Assembly: GCF_902459465.1 (NCBI RefSeq)
Contig: NC_047080.1
Coordinates: forward strand, 1,798,001-1,862,000
Length of the DNA stretch: 64,000 nucleotides
Source of the DNA: Asterias rubens
Taxonomy: Eukaryota
Direction of reading: 5' to 3'
Shown: positions 1 through 10,543 of the stretch, one piece after another
Numbering within the stretch: position 1 is the stretch's first letter
How the letters are laid out: every line of letters begins with the position of its first letter
Program-made: the position numbers and the translations under genes
Notes under the pieces: model-generated
Told to the model about the DNA's origin: nothing
Seen by the model: the letters and a program-made list of their open reading frames with translations, nothing else
Databases searched by the model: none

Positions 1-84
1 TGCAGATCTTCCTCCGAACGTGTCTAGGAAGACAACACGGTCCGAAGAAGTCTGTAACCCAATCTCGTGAATCAATACGAACAT
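1..84 (-). CDS. Candidate alternative first exon of the Abl-like gene, runs off the window edge (MFVLIHEIGLQTSSDRVVFLDTFGGRSA...)
   Basis: ATG at 84 in GCCATG context; 28 open codons to position 1. The donor site is not visible in the window. Confidence 0.2.
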   Translation of the reverse strand, partial: MFVLIHEIGLQTSSDRVVFLDTFGGRSA

Positions 85-166
85 GGCCTACTCCTGTGTA
101 CGGACAAGGACCCCCATTTTGACTTTTTTAATAATACAATAAGTAAGAGGCTTGTCGTCAAATTTG

Positions 167-278
167 AACACGCTTCGCTTGTTGGCTGTGTACATTTTTG
201 GCGCTGAAATCACCGACTTTTTCATCCCTCATGTCTTTAAACACGCTTCGCTTGTTAGCTGTGTACATTTTTTTGGCG
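167..278. repeat. Local direct duplication (about 38 bp, 73-bp offset) AACACGCTTCGCTTGTTRGCTGTGTACATTTTT..TGGCG
   Basis: Two near-identical copies start at 167 and 240. Confidence 0.85.
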
Positions 279-834
279 ACATCCCTCGTGTGACTTCTCG
301 GAATCTATTTTCCTTCATACAATGACTCAGAATATGCCTTTATCATACTGTCAATATCTCAAGTTTGTCAAGTTCCCTGTATGCACTAGCAGTCTGGAAT
401 ACTGATTTGCATCTTACCGAAAAATGCGCCTGACTATATTCTCTTTGAGCCTCATTTTGGTTTCCATTGATTTTGAATGGGTTAAAAAAAGAAGATGGCT
501 ACATGCAGGCCTGGAGTTTCGTCTTTGGGAGGGCATGGCATATTTTCATTTTGCAAAGGACACTTCTACTGGAAAATCTTAAAGTCTATGGGAAATTCTT
601 CAAGGGGCACCAAGGCCACATGGGGCAACAGAGAGAGGCAATGTAATTTCAGGCCTTCACAAGTAAACTGTTTCCATTCTCAAACCTGTGGTAAACAAAA
701 CTTACTGTATACAAATAGTGGCAAAAAATGCAAGGGGCAAATCTGAGCAAGTCTGTTCCAGTGTTAATCTTTCGTTAATTTGCAATTTACATCAGTCCTG
801 CTTGGTTTTCATATAATTATCAACACATTATTAA

Positions 835-1220
835 TGATAATAATATTATCAAAGTCTTATATAGCGCATGTATCTACCAAATAAGGTACTCAAGGCGCTG
901 AGTATAATACAAACTTTCAGAAAGATAGGTAATTGCAGTGATGAACTTTGAGACCCAATTATTTAGCACCTTATAATGGTTTACAAGGTGCTACAGCGCA
1001 TACAGCAGCCACAGCCAGGAACACCGGGGCGAACCCCTTCTCTTTTCGAAAAGTGCACTGGGTTCTTCATGCATTTCACACTCAAAACATTCTGATAGGA
1101 GAAACCAGGCCGGACACACTTGTGGCATACCGTGAATATATTCTTAGAAATTACAGAGGCTGGCTGTTGGCTGGCTTCTGATGGCACGAATCTAACCAAG
1201 TATCCAAACGAGCTAAGGGT
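835..1220 (-). mobile_element. SINE-like retroposon fragment with LINE2-type (TTA)n tail
   Basis: Begins with TAATAA..TTATATAGCGC, the reverse complement of the tail of the SINE at 23036-23390; the body is non-coding. Confidence 0.55.
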
Positions 1221-1541
1221 CTGATGAAATTAAAATAATAGGATTTTCTGGAAATTCCCAGGGTTTCTTTGGACGCTACATGTAGTATCAAGTATGAAGA
1301 GCAGCTGGAAACCGCAAGGTTTTGTTTTTGATATCCAAGGGGTATGCGAACAGCGTTTTTTTTTTTGAGCCAACTCTGGGGAAAGGAATGTGTTTACGAC
1401 AATTCAGGAAACTTCAGAGTTTTAACTCGTCGTCGCCGATGCAAATGCAATGAATTGAGTCCTCTGTGTGGAAAGTCATCTGGGATCCGGAAAACAGAGT
1501 GTGAGAGTTGTAAACAATTCATGGGCATTTATTTGCCACAC

Positions 1542-1737
1542 CTACGCTGTAAGTGTCCGAGCTCCGAACGTTTGCATCTTGCGATTGAGGAGATTTTGTA
1601 CAACAATCAGGGAGATCTTTAGTTACATTGAAGAAAATATTTTGATACAAATCGGGGAGATTTCTCGATTTGCCATCAGAACATGGAAAGAGATACTGCT
1701 GTGTTTGCACAATCAGACAGTACATTAGTTTATCCAT
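1542..1737 (-). CDS. Candidate alternative first coding exon of the Abl-like gene (MDKLMYCLIVQ...PDCCTKSP...DTYSVG|)
   Basis: GCCATGG Kozak at 1737; 65 codons plus 1 nt to a TAG|gtgtgg donor (phase 1, same as the exon at 14899). Non-repetitive island. Confidence 0.3.
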
Positions 1738-2336
1738 GGCATTTTACCTGACATGTGGACGGCCGCCTGCGGGGATGATAATATAAAAAGGTCAGACTGA
1801 CCATACGATGCCTTGAATACAAAACTATTTCCTAATATATGTGTGTTTTATTGTGCCATCTGGAGTATTTTTACTACATATTTTCAAAATAATAATTTTG
1901 ACTTATATCATAAGTAATCTTTTGTTACCAGGTACCAACCATCTCTCGCGAATGGACACCAACCCTCAGAAATCTAAGAAATGAATAATTTCTCAGATTC
2001 AAATGTTTTAAAGATAAGACTTGTATTAAATCTTGAAGTTTGGGTTCGAAAAAAGATCCGATGTGGTCTCGATGTTTCAAGAGAAGAACGTTTTTTATCA
2101 CACCATGTTACTCCAAAGGGAATCCTTCCTCAAAATACTGTGTACTACACCAACAGCTAGCTGTGCATTGCCTCTCACCAAGTAAGTATTTATGGCCGTT
2201 AGATTTTTACTAATCTTTTACCCTACCTTTAATATAAATTTACATGCATGGGGGGATTCGGTGTGCATATCCATGAGCGTGTTTCATTACAACGGATTGG
2301 GATCGCTCTTCTCCAACACTGTAAGCATGCAGTGTG

Positions 2337-2520
2337 CGTAGGGGGAGGGGGCCGTTAAGAGGAAGGGGGTAAGGACCCAAGGAAGGGGGCTACCCAAGGA
2401 CGGGAACTAGGTGGGGGGAGGGAACTAGGTGGGGGAAGGGAACTAGGTGGGGGTGAGGGATGTCTGTTGATGAGTAGGGGGTAACAGGTGGGGGTAGGAA
2501 AGGGGACTATGTGGGCTTAA
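2337..2520 (+). repeat. G-rich tract containing 3 copies of an 18-bp unit (GGGAACTAGGTGGGGGRA); G-quadruplex potential
   Basis: Units start at 2402, 2420 and 2438; many runs of 3 or more G. Confidence 0.8.
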
Positions 2521-2806
2521 AATCCACTGTCATATGCTTTTACCAATATTGCTTATTTCATGACAGCTACCATAATAATATAACTATGTTCTGTTAAGCC
2601 AAATACAAGCGTTCCGGGGTTAAACCTGTGAGCCAAGTATTAAAATGATCCTCAACAGAGTTTCCGTTTTGTAACAGATGATGGTTACTAAACTAAAATG
2701 CAGTGACTACTTAGACGAGGGCCATAAAATAACATGAATTAATATATCGCCTGTTGCAATGTTTGCAGTGTGAACAAATTAGTTTTTTGTTTTGTTAAGA
2801 ATCCCT

Positions 2807-3199
2807 TTAAGACACTGGACACTATTGGCAATTGTCAAAGACTTATCTTCCCAGTTGGTGTATCTCAACATATGCATAAAACAACAAACCTGTGAAATTT
2901 TGAGCTCAAAAGGTCATCGAAGTTGCGAGATATTAATGAAAGAAAAAACTCCCTTGTCGCACCATGGTCTAACAAAGTTGTGTGCTTCCAGATGCTTGAT
3001 TTCTAGACCTCAAATTCTAAATCTGAGGTCTTGAAAACAAATTCGTGGAAAATTACTTCTTTCTTGAAAACTACATCACTTCAGAGGAAGCCGTTTCTCA
3101 CAATGTTTTATATTATCAACCTCTCCACATTACTCGTAATCAAGAAAGGTTTTATAATAATTATTTTGAGGAATTACCAATAGTGTCCACTGCCTTTAA
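2807..3199. mobile_element. TTAA-flanked MITE, family K1 (Kolobok/T2-type termini)
   Basis: TIRs TTAA(A)GACACTGGACACTATTGG...CCAATAGTGTCCACTGCCTTTAA; body closely similar to the copy at 7512-7898. Confidence 0.85.
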
Positions 3200-5117
3200 A
3201 GTTAAACTGTTCAAGATATGAGGCATGAAGTAAACAAAATTGTTTTGGGGGATTAATTTTTCCTCCAAAATAACCAAAGATATATCCGCCCGTTTATCAT
3301 GTCGGCTGAAAAAATTCTCTCCCATCTTAAGACTCTCCCATCTTATCCCCACAAGAATCTATGTTATGAGCTGAAAATATTTGAAAAGAAATCCATACAT
3401 ATATAATTTCTTCCAACATCCCTCATACGTGTGCATCATTTTGACACCCGTCTACCGCATGCAAAAGATGTGACACATCAGAGAAATAAAACCACAAAAA
3501 CATAACCTGCTTACATATGCCATGGCTATCCCCCCCCCCCCCCTTCGAACCCATCACACTCATCCTAATTAAACAGGCCTCTATGCAGTCAGAGCTATGA
3601 GCTCATACAGTGGACATTCACACCATTAAAAAAAAAAAATAACTGTCAAAAATTACAAGCATCTTATGTTTGACTCATCGGGAGTTAAGGCAAAAACTTT
3701 CAACCTTGTAATCCTGGCAGGTTAGGGTTTTTTCTTGTTGTTGATGGCAGTCAAAGAATCAGCGAGTGGGTTATGATCCGCCCCCTGGGGGAGCTGCTAA
3801 GAAGTGTGGATCGTTCGTTTCTTTTTAGAGGCTGAGTCAGGATGCCTGGGGGGGGGGGGGATGGAGCACTGGTCAGATTCCATACATGGATGGGACTGGG
3901 AGAGGTGGATTGTTCATCACAGTGTGGACATATTTGTCATGTACCCTGTGTACACAATAATTATGGTGATCTTGGTAAGGGGCTAAAAGAAGAAAAATAA
4001 CTCAGTCAAGGGAGCTGAAAATTTATAATATATTCCTCTTAAAATAGTCTGTATTGCAGTCTGAATACCCCCCCCCCCAAAAAAAAACCCACTACAGCCA
4101 AGTTTACTATGATTAAATGCATATTATTCACAATGAATGAGGCTCATTAAATGTTCATCAAACTCGTTATAATTTGCTGTTAATTTAAGTTTCACCCCCC
4201 AAAAATATGATAATAACAACTATGCACGTTCGTTAGCTAACAGTAATTTAAGATAATCACAATATATTGAAAATGTAACTAACTGCAATATTTTGTCGTT
4301 AGGTTTCAGTTTCACAAAACAAAAAAGGAATTAATGCTCACTCGCTTACTCACAGTAATTATTGACCACAACGTAATTACATGCATTGAATGTGCAACAT
4401 TACATACCAGCAGACCACTGTTTAAGGGCTGGTCTAATAAACATGTTGAGCAACAAGCCCAACGGTCTTGTTGTGGATTTTTCCCCAAAATTTGAGTCCT
4501 ACATACTGTACTCAGTTTTTTCCTTATAAATGATTAATTAACACATCAATTAGCGAATTCTTCTGGATTTCCCTCAAAATTGAGCCCTTTATACTGTTCT
4601 TAATTTCTCTTTTATCAAATCCATAATTTAAAAAAAAAGGCATACCAATACAAATTGTAATTGGGGGAAAAAATGTAAGGATAACCTACTTCACTTCCGT
4701 TATATGCTTTGCTAAAAGGTATAGGGTATATCCCTAAAATATTACATAAAGAACAAAAATGTGGACCAAAATTAGGAAATAAATTTTGCTTAATGGTCTA
4801 CAGCACAATCACAACCTTTTTTTCTGAGGTTGGACAAGCAGAATTGCAAAAATCTCAGACGACAGGAAAACACCAAATGTAGGGCAGGACTAGCCTTCAG
4901 CATCTACTGCACGCCATGAACAATCGTACAAATCTTTAATATTATTTTTTGTCTTCCTTGTAAGCGAGAGGGGAGAAATAAATCAATATGTATGATTCAT
5001 GGGTAGTATTTTACAGCTTGGTTTATGGGTCAAGGTGGCAGGTTCTAAAAGAGAGCCGAGCATATTGTGAGGCTCGGAATTGCACTTATTCCATCTACTG
5101 GTTCAGAATGTACAGTC

Positions 5118-5120
<3 letters not shown>

Positions 5121-5156
<36 letters not shown>

Positions 5157-5369
5157 AGATTTAGACTTAACCCAGCAAATGTAGACTTTTTTACTCTTTT
5201 TAAAAAATTGTTATTTAACAGTTACTGAGCTAGAATGTTAGTTTATAATGTGTTTTTGATCATTTGTCATTTTGATACGTTACCACTTCGGTATTTTGTT
5301 TTGCTACAGTTTTGTACTGAGCTAGGAATGTTTTATTAAAACTTGTTTATAATGTGTTTGTTTATTCAT

Positions 5370-5408
<39 letters not shown>

Positions 5409-5411
5409 TTT
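5121..5411. repeat. Simple repeats: poly-A run (about 5121-5153) and (ATTT)n microsatellite (about 5364-5411)
   Basis: Seen directly in the sequence. Confidence 0.9.
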
Positions 5412-5737
5412 CATTTAAAATTTAATATTTAAACAATTCTGAATTTGTTTGCAAAAATCAAACACTACAAAATTGAGGCCCCAGCTCAAACGTTAAGATA
5501 AAATAGACCTACAGTTCCTGCTTTGTCAGGAACTCAATCAAGTTCAAATAATCATAGTGAAACAAAAACCGATTGTTTGGGACAACATTCTAATACACTT
5601 TCAGTCTTTAGTTTATAAATAACTGAATTGTTTTTCTCCAAGGGTCGACTTTAACAATGTAATTTACACTCGACCGCAACATAGAGCGAACAAGTTCAAC
5701 GTATCTTTAGATTCTGGGAAATTCTTCCTGTTTCTAC

Positions 5738-5894
5738 CTTGGTACTCAGTGTGTAGTAGCCAACATTCCGTTAGTGTAAAGCTAAACATGTGTGTCTTGT
5801 GGGCGTCGCCTCGTTCCGGTAGATCAAACATAGAGGCTGTAAATTCAATGGACGACGTCCTCCTACCCAGACATGATATTAAAACATCCCTCAT
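5738..5894 (-). CDS. Candidate alternative first coding exon of the Abl-like gene, ABL1-1a-like (MRDVLISCLGRRTSS...WLLHTEYQG|)
   Basis: GCCATG at 5894; 52 codons plus 1 nt to an AAG|gtagaa donor (phase 1; gtagaa donors are also used twice in CFAP157 here). N-terminus aligns without gaps to the remembered human ABL1a start MLEICLKLVGCKS. Confidence 0.45.
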
Positions 5895-7511
5895 GGCATC
5901 GCCAGGGCTCAAATTTCAAGAAAAAGAGTACATCTCCAGTAGGTCTTGCATCTCTCAATTGATCATATATATTTTTTAAACGACCTACAAATGTCCTTTC
6001 TAAATATATTTTACAGAATTTTTAGGAGTAAGTTTTGAGCTTGAATGGAGGGAGGGGTGGAGGGGTGGAGGAAGGGGGGGTTGTCACAAAGAACAGGGCT
6101 TGTAGCTAGAATTATTTACTGTACCATAATTGTTTTCACAAGACCCAGAAACAAATATAAGGAAAAACTTATCTACATAGTCGTTGTATAAACGGTCTAT
6201 ATTGAAGATAAGCACTCAGAGAATCCTTATCTCATTTGTCGTATTATGGGCACGGTGCTTTGATAGTTGATACTCAACAGGATTAAAAGATATTTATCAG
6301 ACTCCAAGTCAACATTTTAACATTTTCTTAAAACGCTGTAAATAGAACTATTGCCAGGACATGCTCACATATTTCAATATTTCCATTGTCTTATCTATTT
6401 ACCACATCATACACACTAGTCAGTTCATACGCCATGATGTCCTAAGCTGGACCACGCCACAATATCCCAGAGGGGTGTCAATCAACAGTGGTCAGTGATT
6501 TGGTTATGAGGGGCAGAGCAATGAACAAACTCTGCCCGCGTCCTTTGTTTACTAAGTCAGTATGTCAATTGAATAGGTAGATAAAACTAAATAAAACTTA
6601 ATTAATTTCAAACTAGCAAATAAGCTTAAATTGTAAGCAACCATGGCTAGAAATGTTAACACGAGACGTGTTGTTTTCAAATACTTTTTGTTAGGCCACA
6701 TAAAAAAATAAATTGTTGATCATCCTTTTGTTTTTGCGGATGGGGGAGGTAGGGAGTTTTTTTTTTTTTTTTTTTTTTTACTTTAAAAAAGAAGTTTTGT
6801 TGACATGCCAAATATGAAATCAAGAATAAAGAAATCATCACAGTCACTTTAAAACAGTGGGTTTGTGTGTTTTTGATGTTTTCAATAGTTTTGTCAAACA
6901 AATTTAACTCCTAGATGACATTTTCTGTAAACTTTTTCAAACAACTAAGCACAGTGTAGCCCAAGTAAATATTTAAAAAATTGTTCTTGCCTTGCCAACA
7001 TAAATAAAAACCTTCTTTAAACATCTTTTCAAACCTGTACATTTTGAAGAAAAAAAACATCATTGAAAAAGTTGTTTTTTATGATTAAAAAAAGAAAAAG
7101 AAAAAAAAAAGAAATGGGGTTGGGGTTTTTTGAACGGTCGGGCGGGGACGATCAACAATTTTTCATTTCTATGTGGCCTTATTGTCGAATACCAATATCC
7201 CCACTTGGTGTATCCAAACAAATTTTAACTACACACTGTACACTTGTTTGTCAGTTTATTTATACACTAAAATGTACTGTAATACATACAGTACACGTTT
7301 ACGTCCAGTACGTGAAAGTACAGTGTATTTAAAGCCTAGCCATGAAAAAATGGGAAAGGAGGAAATGGACATAACAACCTGTACAGGAAACCACAATAAT
7401 AAACTTATGGAATCCTTACCACCTGCTGTAGTGTACTTCTCTAGTGGTAACACAATACATGCACTACTTGTGTGACAACGTTATATGTTTACATCATGTC
7501 TTGTACAGTGA

Positions 7512-7898
7512 TTAAAGGCAGTGGACACTATTGGTAAATTGTCAAAGACCAGCCTTCACAGTTGGTGTATCTCAACATATGCATAAAATAACAAACCTGT
7601 GAAAATTTGAGCTCAATCGGTCATCGAACTTGCGAGATAATAATGAAAGAAAAAACACCCTTGTCACACAGACTTGTGTGCGTTTAGATGGTTGATTTCG
7701 AGACGTCAAGTTCTAAATCTGAGGTCTCGAAATCAAATTCATGGAAAATTACTTCTTTCTCGAAAAATATGGCACTTCAGAGGGAGCCGTTTCTCACAAT
7801 GTTTTATACCATCAACCTCTCCCCATTACTCGTCACCAAGAAAGGTTTTATGCTAATAATTATTTTGAGTAATTACCAATAGTGTCCACTGCCTTTAA
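7512..7898. mobile_element. TTAA-flanked MITE, family K1 (Kolobok/T2-type termini)
   Basis: TTAA-AGGCAGTGGACACTATTGGTAA...TTACCAATAGTGTCCACTGCCT-TTAA, perfect TIRs. Confidence 0.9.
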
Positions 7899-8379
7899 GA
7901 AGATAGGGCCCTAATTGCACATCAGGTACAATACAGGCCTCACATTTCAACAATGTTTTTCTTCCGTATGTCCCCACACAAGGGCCCCATTTCATAAAGA
8001 CATTTAAGGCCAACTTCCCTATTTTAGAGTCCACCACTCATTTTTTTTTATGACAATTTATTTGATTTTCTTTCTTTTGACGATCTCAGCAACAAGTTAT
8101 TTTGTTTCAAAAATAGCCCTGTTTGTTTTGACAAATATGTGTGCCGCCATTTTGTGGGGGGGGGGGGGGGAAAGGGGCCCTCCTTCTTCCTTTTTCAAAA
8201 AGGAGGTATGCTAGACAAAAATATCACTTAGCAAATTTCCTTGCTAAGCAAAAAATTAAGTAAGGGAACCCAGTTGTAATAGTGAATTTCGGCTGGTACC
8301 CAGCTACTGCAAAGCAAGCTTTTCATGCGCTTAACAGGCTTTATGAAATTGGGCCCAGCTCTTGTGTGTGCATCATCAG

Positions 8380-8587
8380 GGCCCAATTTCCTAGAGCTGC
8401 TTAGCACACAAACTTGCTTAGCATGAAATTTCTTCCACATGATTTTCAGGAAGAGCAAACAACAGCTGAATACCAGTAATAGGCAATATGCCAGAAATGG
8501 AAATTTGGTTGGTAATCCTGTTTTTATCAAGGAAGAAATGTCATGCTAAGCAAATTTTTGTGATTAGCAGCTCTATGAAATTTGGCC
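8380..8587. mobile_element. MITE family B (TIR GGCCCAATTTCATAGAGCTGCT), CAG flanks; probably PIF/Harbinger-like
   Basis: TIRs with CAG on both sides. More copies at about 40786-40957, 56040-56209, 57412-57813, 58199-58432 and 60357-60541. Superfamily is inferred from the 3-bp CWG target duplication. Confidence 0.8.
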
Positions 8588-9639
8588 CAGGTCACTCATT
8601 ATCCACAATAAAATGTAAACACACTGTCTTGTTTTGTCTACATTGGGCCCAAGGGGGCAGGCAGCTCAGCATCTCTTTAATAAAAGAACCCCAACACAAG
8701 AACTGAACTCACGCATGACTTAACACAGACATCAACACAGTTTTAAAGACCTTATGAAAGGATCCCCACAGTGAATGATTTGTACCCTGAACAGCAAATT
8801 GCCACAAAGAGGGTATCACTTGCTACTCAAAAATTCATCATTTGCCAGCACTTGATGTGCACAATTGAAAACAAGTTCTGACAAGTTATGCCTTATTTGC
8901 TTTGATTTTCATAAGAATGATATCCTTACCTGCAATTTATGTACATATACAGTATACCCTATGGTAGTTTGGCTGGTGGACTGGTGAGCAAAGCTTTCAT
9001 GTGTTTTGAACAGCTTTAAAAGTTACAAATGTACTGTACGTAGTGTTCAGGATTGGTAAGGATAAAAATCACTATATTGTTTATCAACCCCTGTTTTCCG
9101 GTGAAATTTTCTCTGTGAAATGAAGTCATGTATATTCAAAATTTAATACTGAAAACCTTAAAAACACAGCTTATTGCAGTTGTTACAACCAAAATTAAAG
9201 ATAGGTGTTTACATGCTAAATTTTTGTTCATGGTTATCACTATTTTTTTTTCTGACTCACACAACGGATTAAGATAAAATACTCACATATTTGTTATTTC
9301 ATGTAACTAGTTTTAAAATGCAACTTGTTTTTACCCTTTAACACCAAAGCTCTTATGTATTAAAATCGTCCTGAGTTTGGGAAAAAATCAACAGGCAAGT
9401 CACTCAGGTGGAATTCCAACCCATGACCTTTGCATTGCCAGAATAGATGTCTTACGACTAGACCAACGAGCTAGCCCAGTTGTTGTACATGTACATAGTT
9501 GATCACACTGTAGCCTGAACACTGTCTGCAACTATTTTGTCAGCTCTAATACCTTTTACTTTATTTTTAAAAAGCAGAGATTTTTGATCTGTGCTCAGTG
9601 AGCTTTTCAAACCAGCGCCCGGCTTTAAGACAAATGTAC

Positions 9640-9781
9640 CCACGGCCCTTTGAATAAACACGGCCATCAACATCAAGCTGTTAACCTTCGGGTAAAAAAA
9701 ACGCTGTGCTAATCGTCTCAACGGATTTAACACGTCCCAGTCAAGTGTTTCAGGAGTTGGGTGTCGGAGGAATAAGCCCAT
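9640..9781 (-). CDS. Candidate alternative first coding exon of the Abl-like gene (MGLFLRHPTPETLDWDVLNPLRRLAQRFFYPK...QRAVG|)
   Basis: GTGATGG context at 9781; 47 codons plus 1 nt to a GG|gtacat donor (phase 1; gtacat is a used donor in PIGC exon 1). CpG-containing unique island. Confidence 0.3.
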
Positions 9782-9798
9782 CACCAAGCCACGACTCG

Positions 9799-9811
9799 GT
9801 TGCTAGGCAAC
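9799..9811. promoter_or_regulatory. RFX X-box (GTTGCTAGGCAAC)
   Basis: Near-perfect 13-bp palindrome matching the RFX consensus, in non-repetitive DNA. Confidence 0.65.
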
Positions 9812-10237
9812 TCATCTTGCTGAATCCTACCGACGATGCCGCACCGGCAACATAAGAAGTGACCCTGCGCTCCAGAGGTCTTCAACAACGATTATCTAGG
9901 GCTTTTGCTTTTTAAAGGGATTATCACCCACCAACAATTGAGAGAGTAACAAGTAACAAGTAAATCACTTCAATTTTTGTTTCAAGAAAAAAAGTTTTTT
10001 TGTTATTGTGATCAGGTTGGCTATAGTGGTTTCTCCCCTGCCTTCACCTCTGTGAACCCTGGTTTGAATCCAACCTGGGCATTTTTATCTCATTTCTTAT
10101 TGTATGTCTTCTCTTTTTTTTCCCAGACATTGGGCTACCGAGAAGCATGTTTGACTAGCCCGCAGCACTCTTGACTAGTGTTTGCAGGAAGGGCTAGTGT
10201 CTACATGATGCACAGCACCCTTCCTTATGTAGTTCCT

Positions 10238-10543
10238 TTACAGACACTGGACACTATTGGTAATAACTCAAAAATAATTGTTGCAGAAAAAACTTACTTG
10301 ATAACCAGCAATGAAGAGCTGTTGATAGTATAAAATACTGTGAGAAATGGCTCCCTCTGAAGTAGCGTGGATTTTGAGAAAGAAGTAATTGCTCACTAAA
10401 ATATTTTAATTAAATTTGAGACCTCATACAACTGAGGTTAATTGAAGCATCTGAAAGAACACAACTTGTGCGACAAGGGTATTATTTCTCATAACTTCAA
10501 AGACTGGTCTTTAACAGTTACTAAAGGTGTCCAGTGCCTTTAA
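10238..10543. mobile_element. Degenerate K1-related TTAA MITE
   Basis: GACACTGGACACTATTGGTAA...GGTGTCCAGTGCCTTTAA ends; the body shares the inverted K1 arm sequence. Confidence 0.7.

Noticed and set aside
948-1181. 77-aa plus-strand ORF
   Set aside because: Lies inside a SINE-like repeat; no protein similarity recognised.
1344-1622. Cys-rich plus-strand ORF resembling a zinc finger
   Set aside because: No recognisable finger spacing and no splice partners on the plus strand; it overlaps a better-supported minus-strand candidate.
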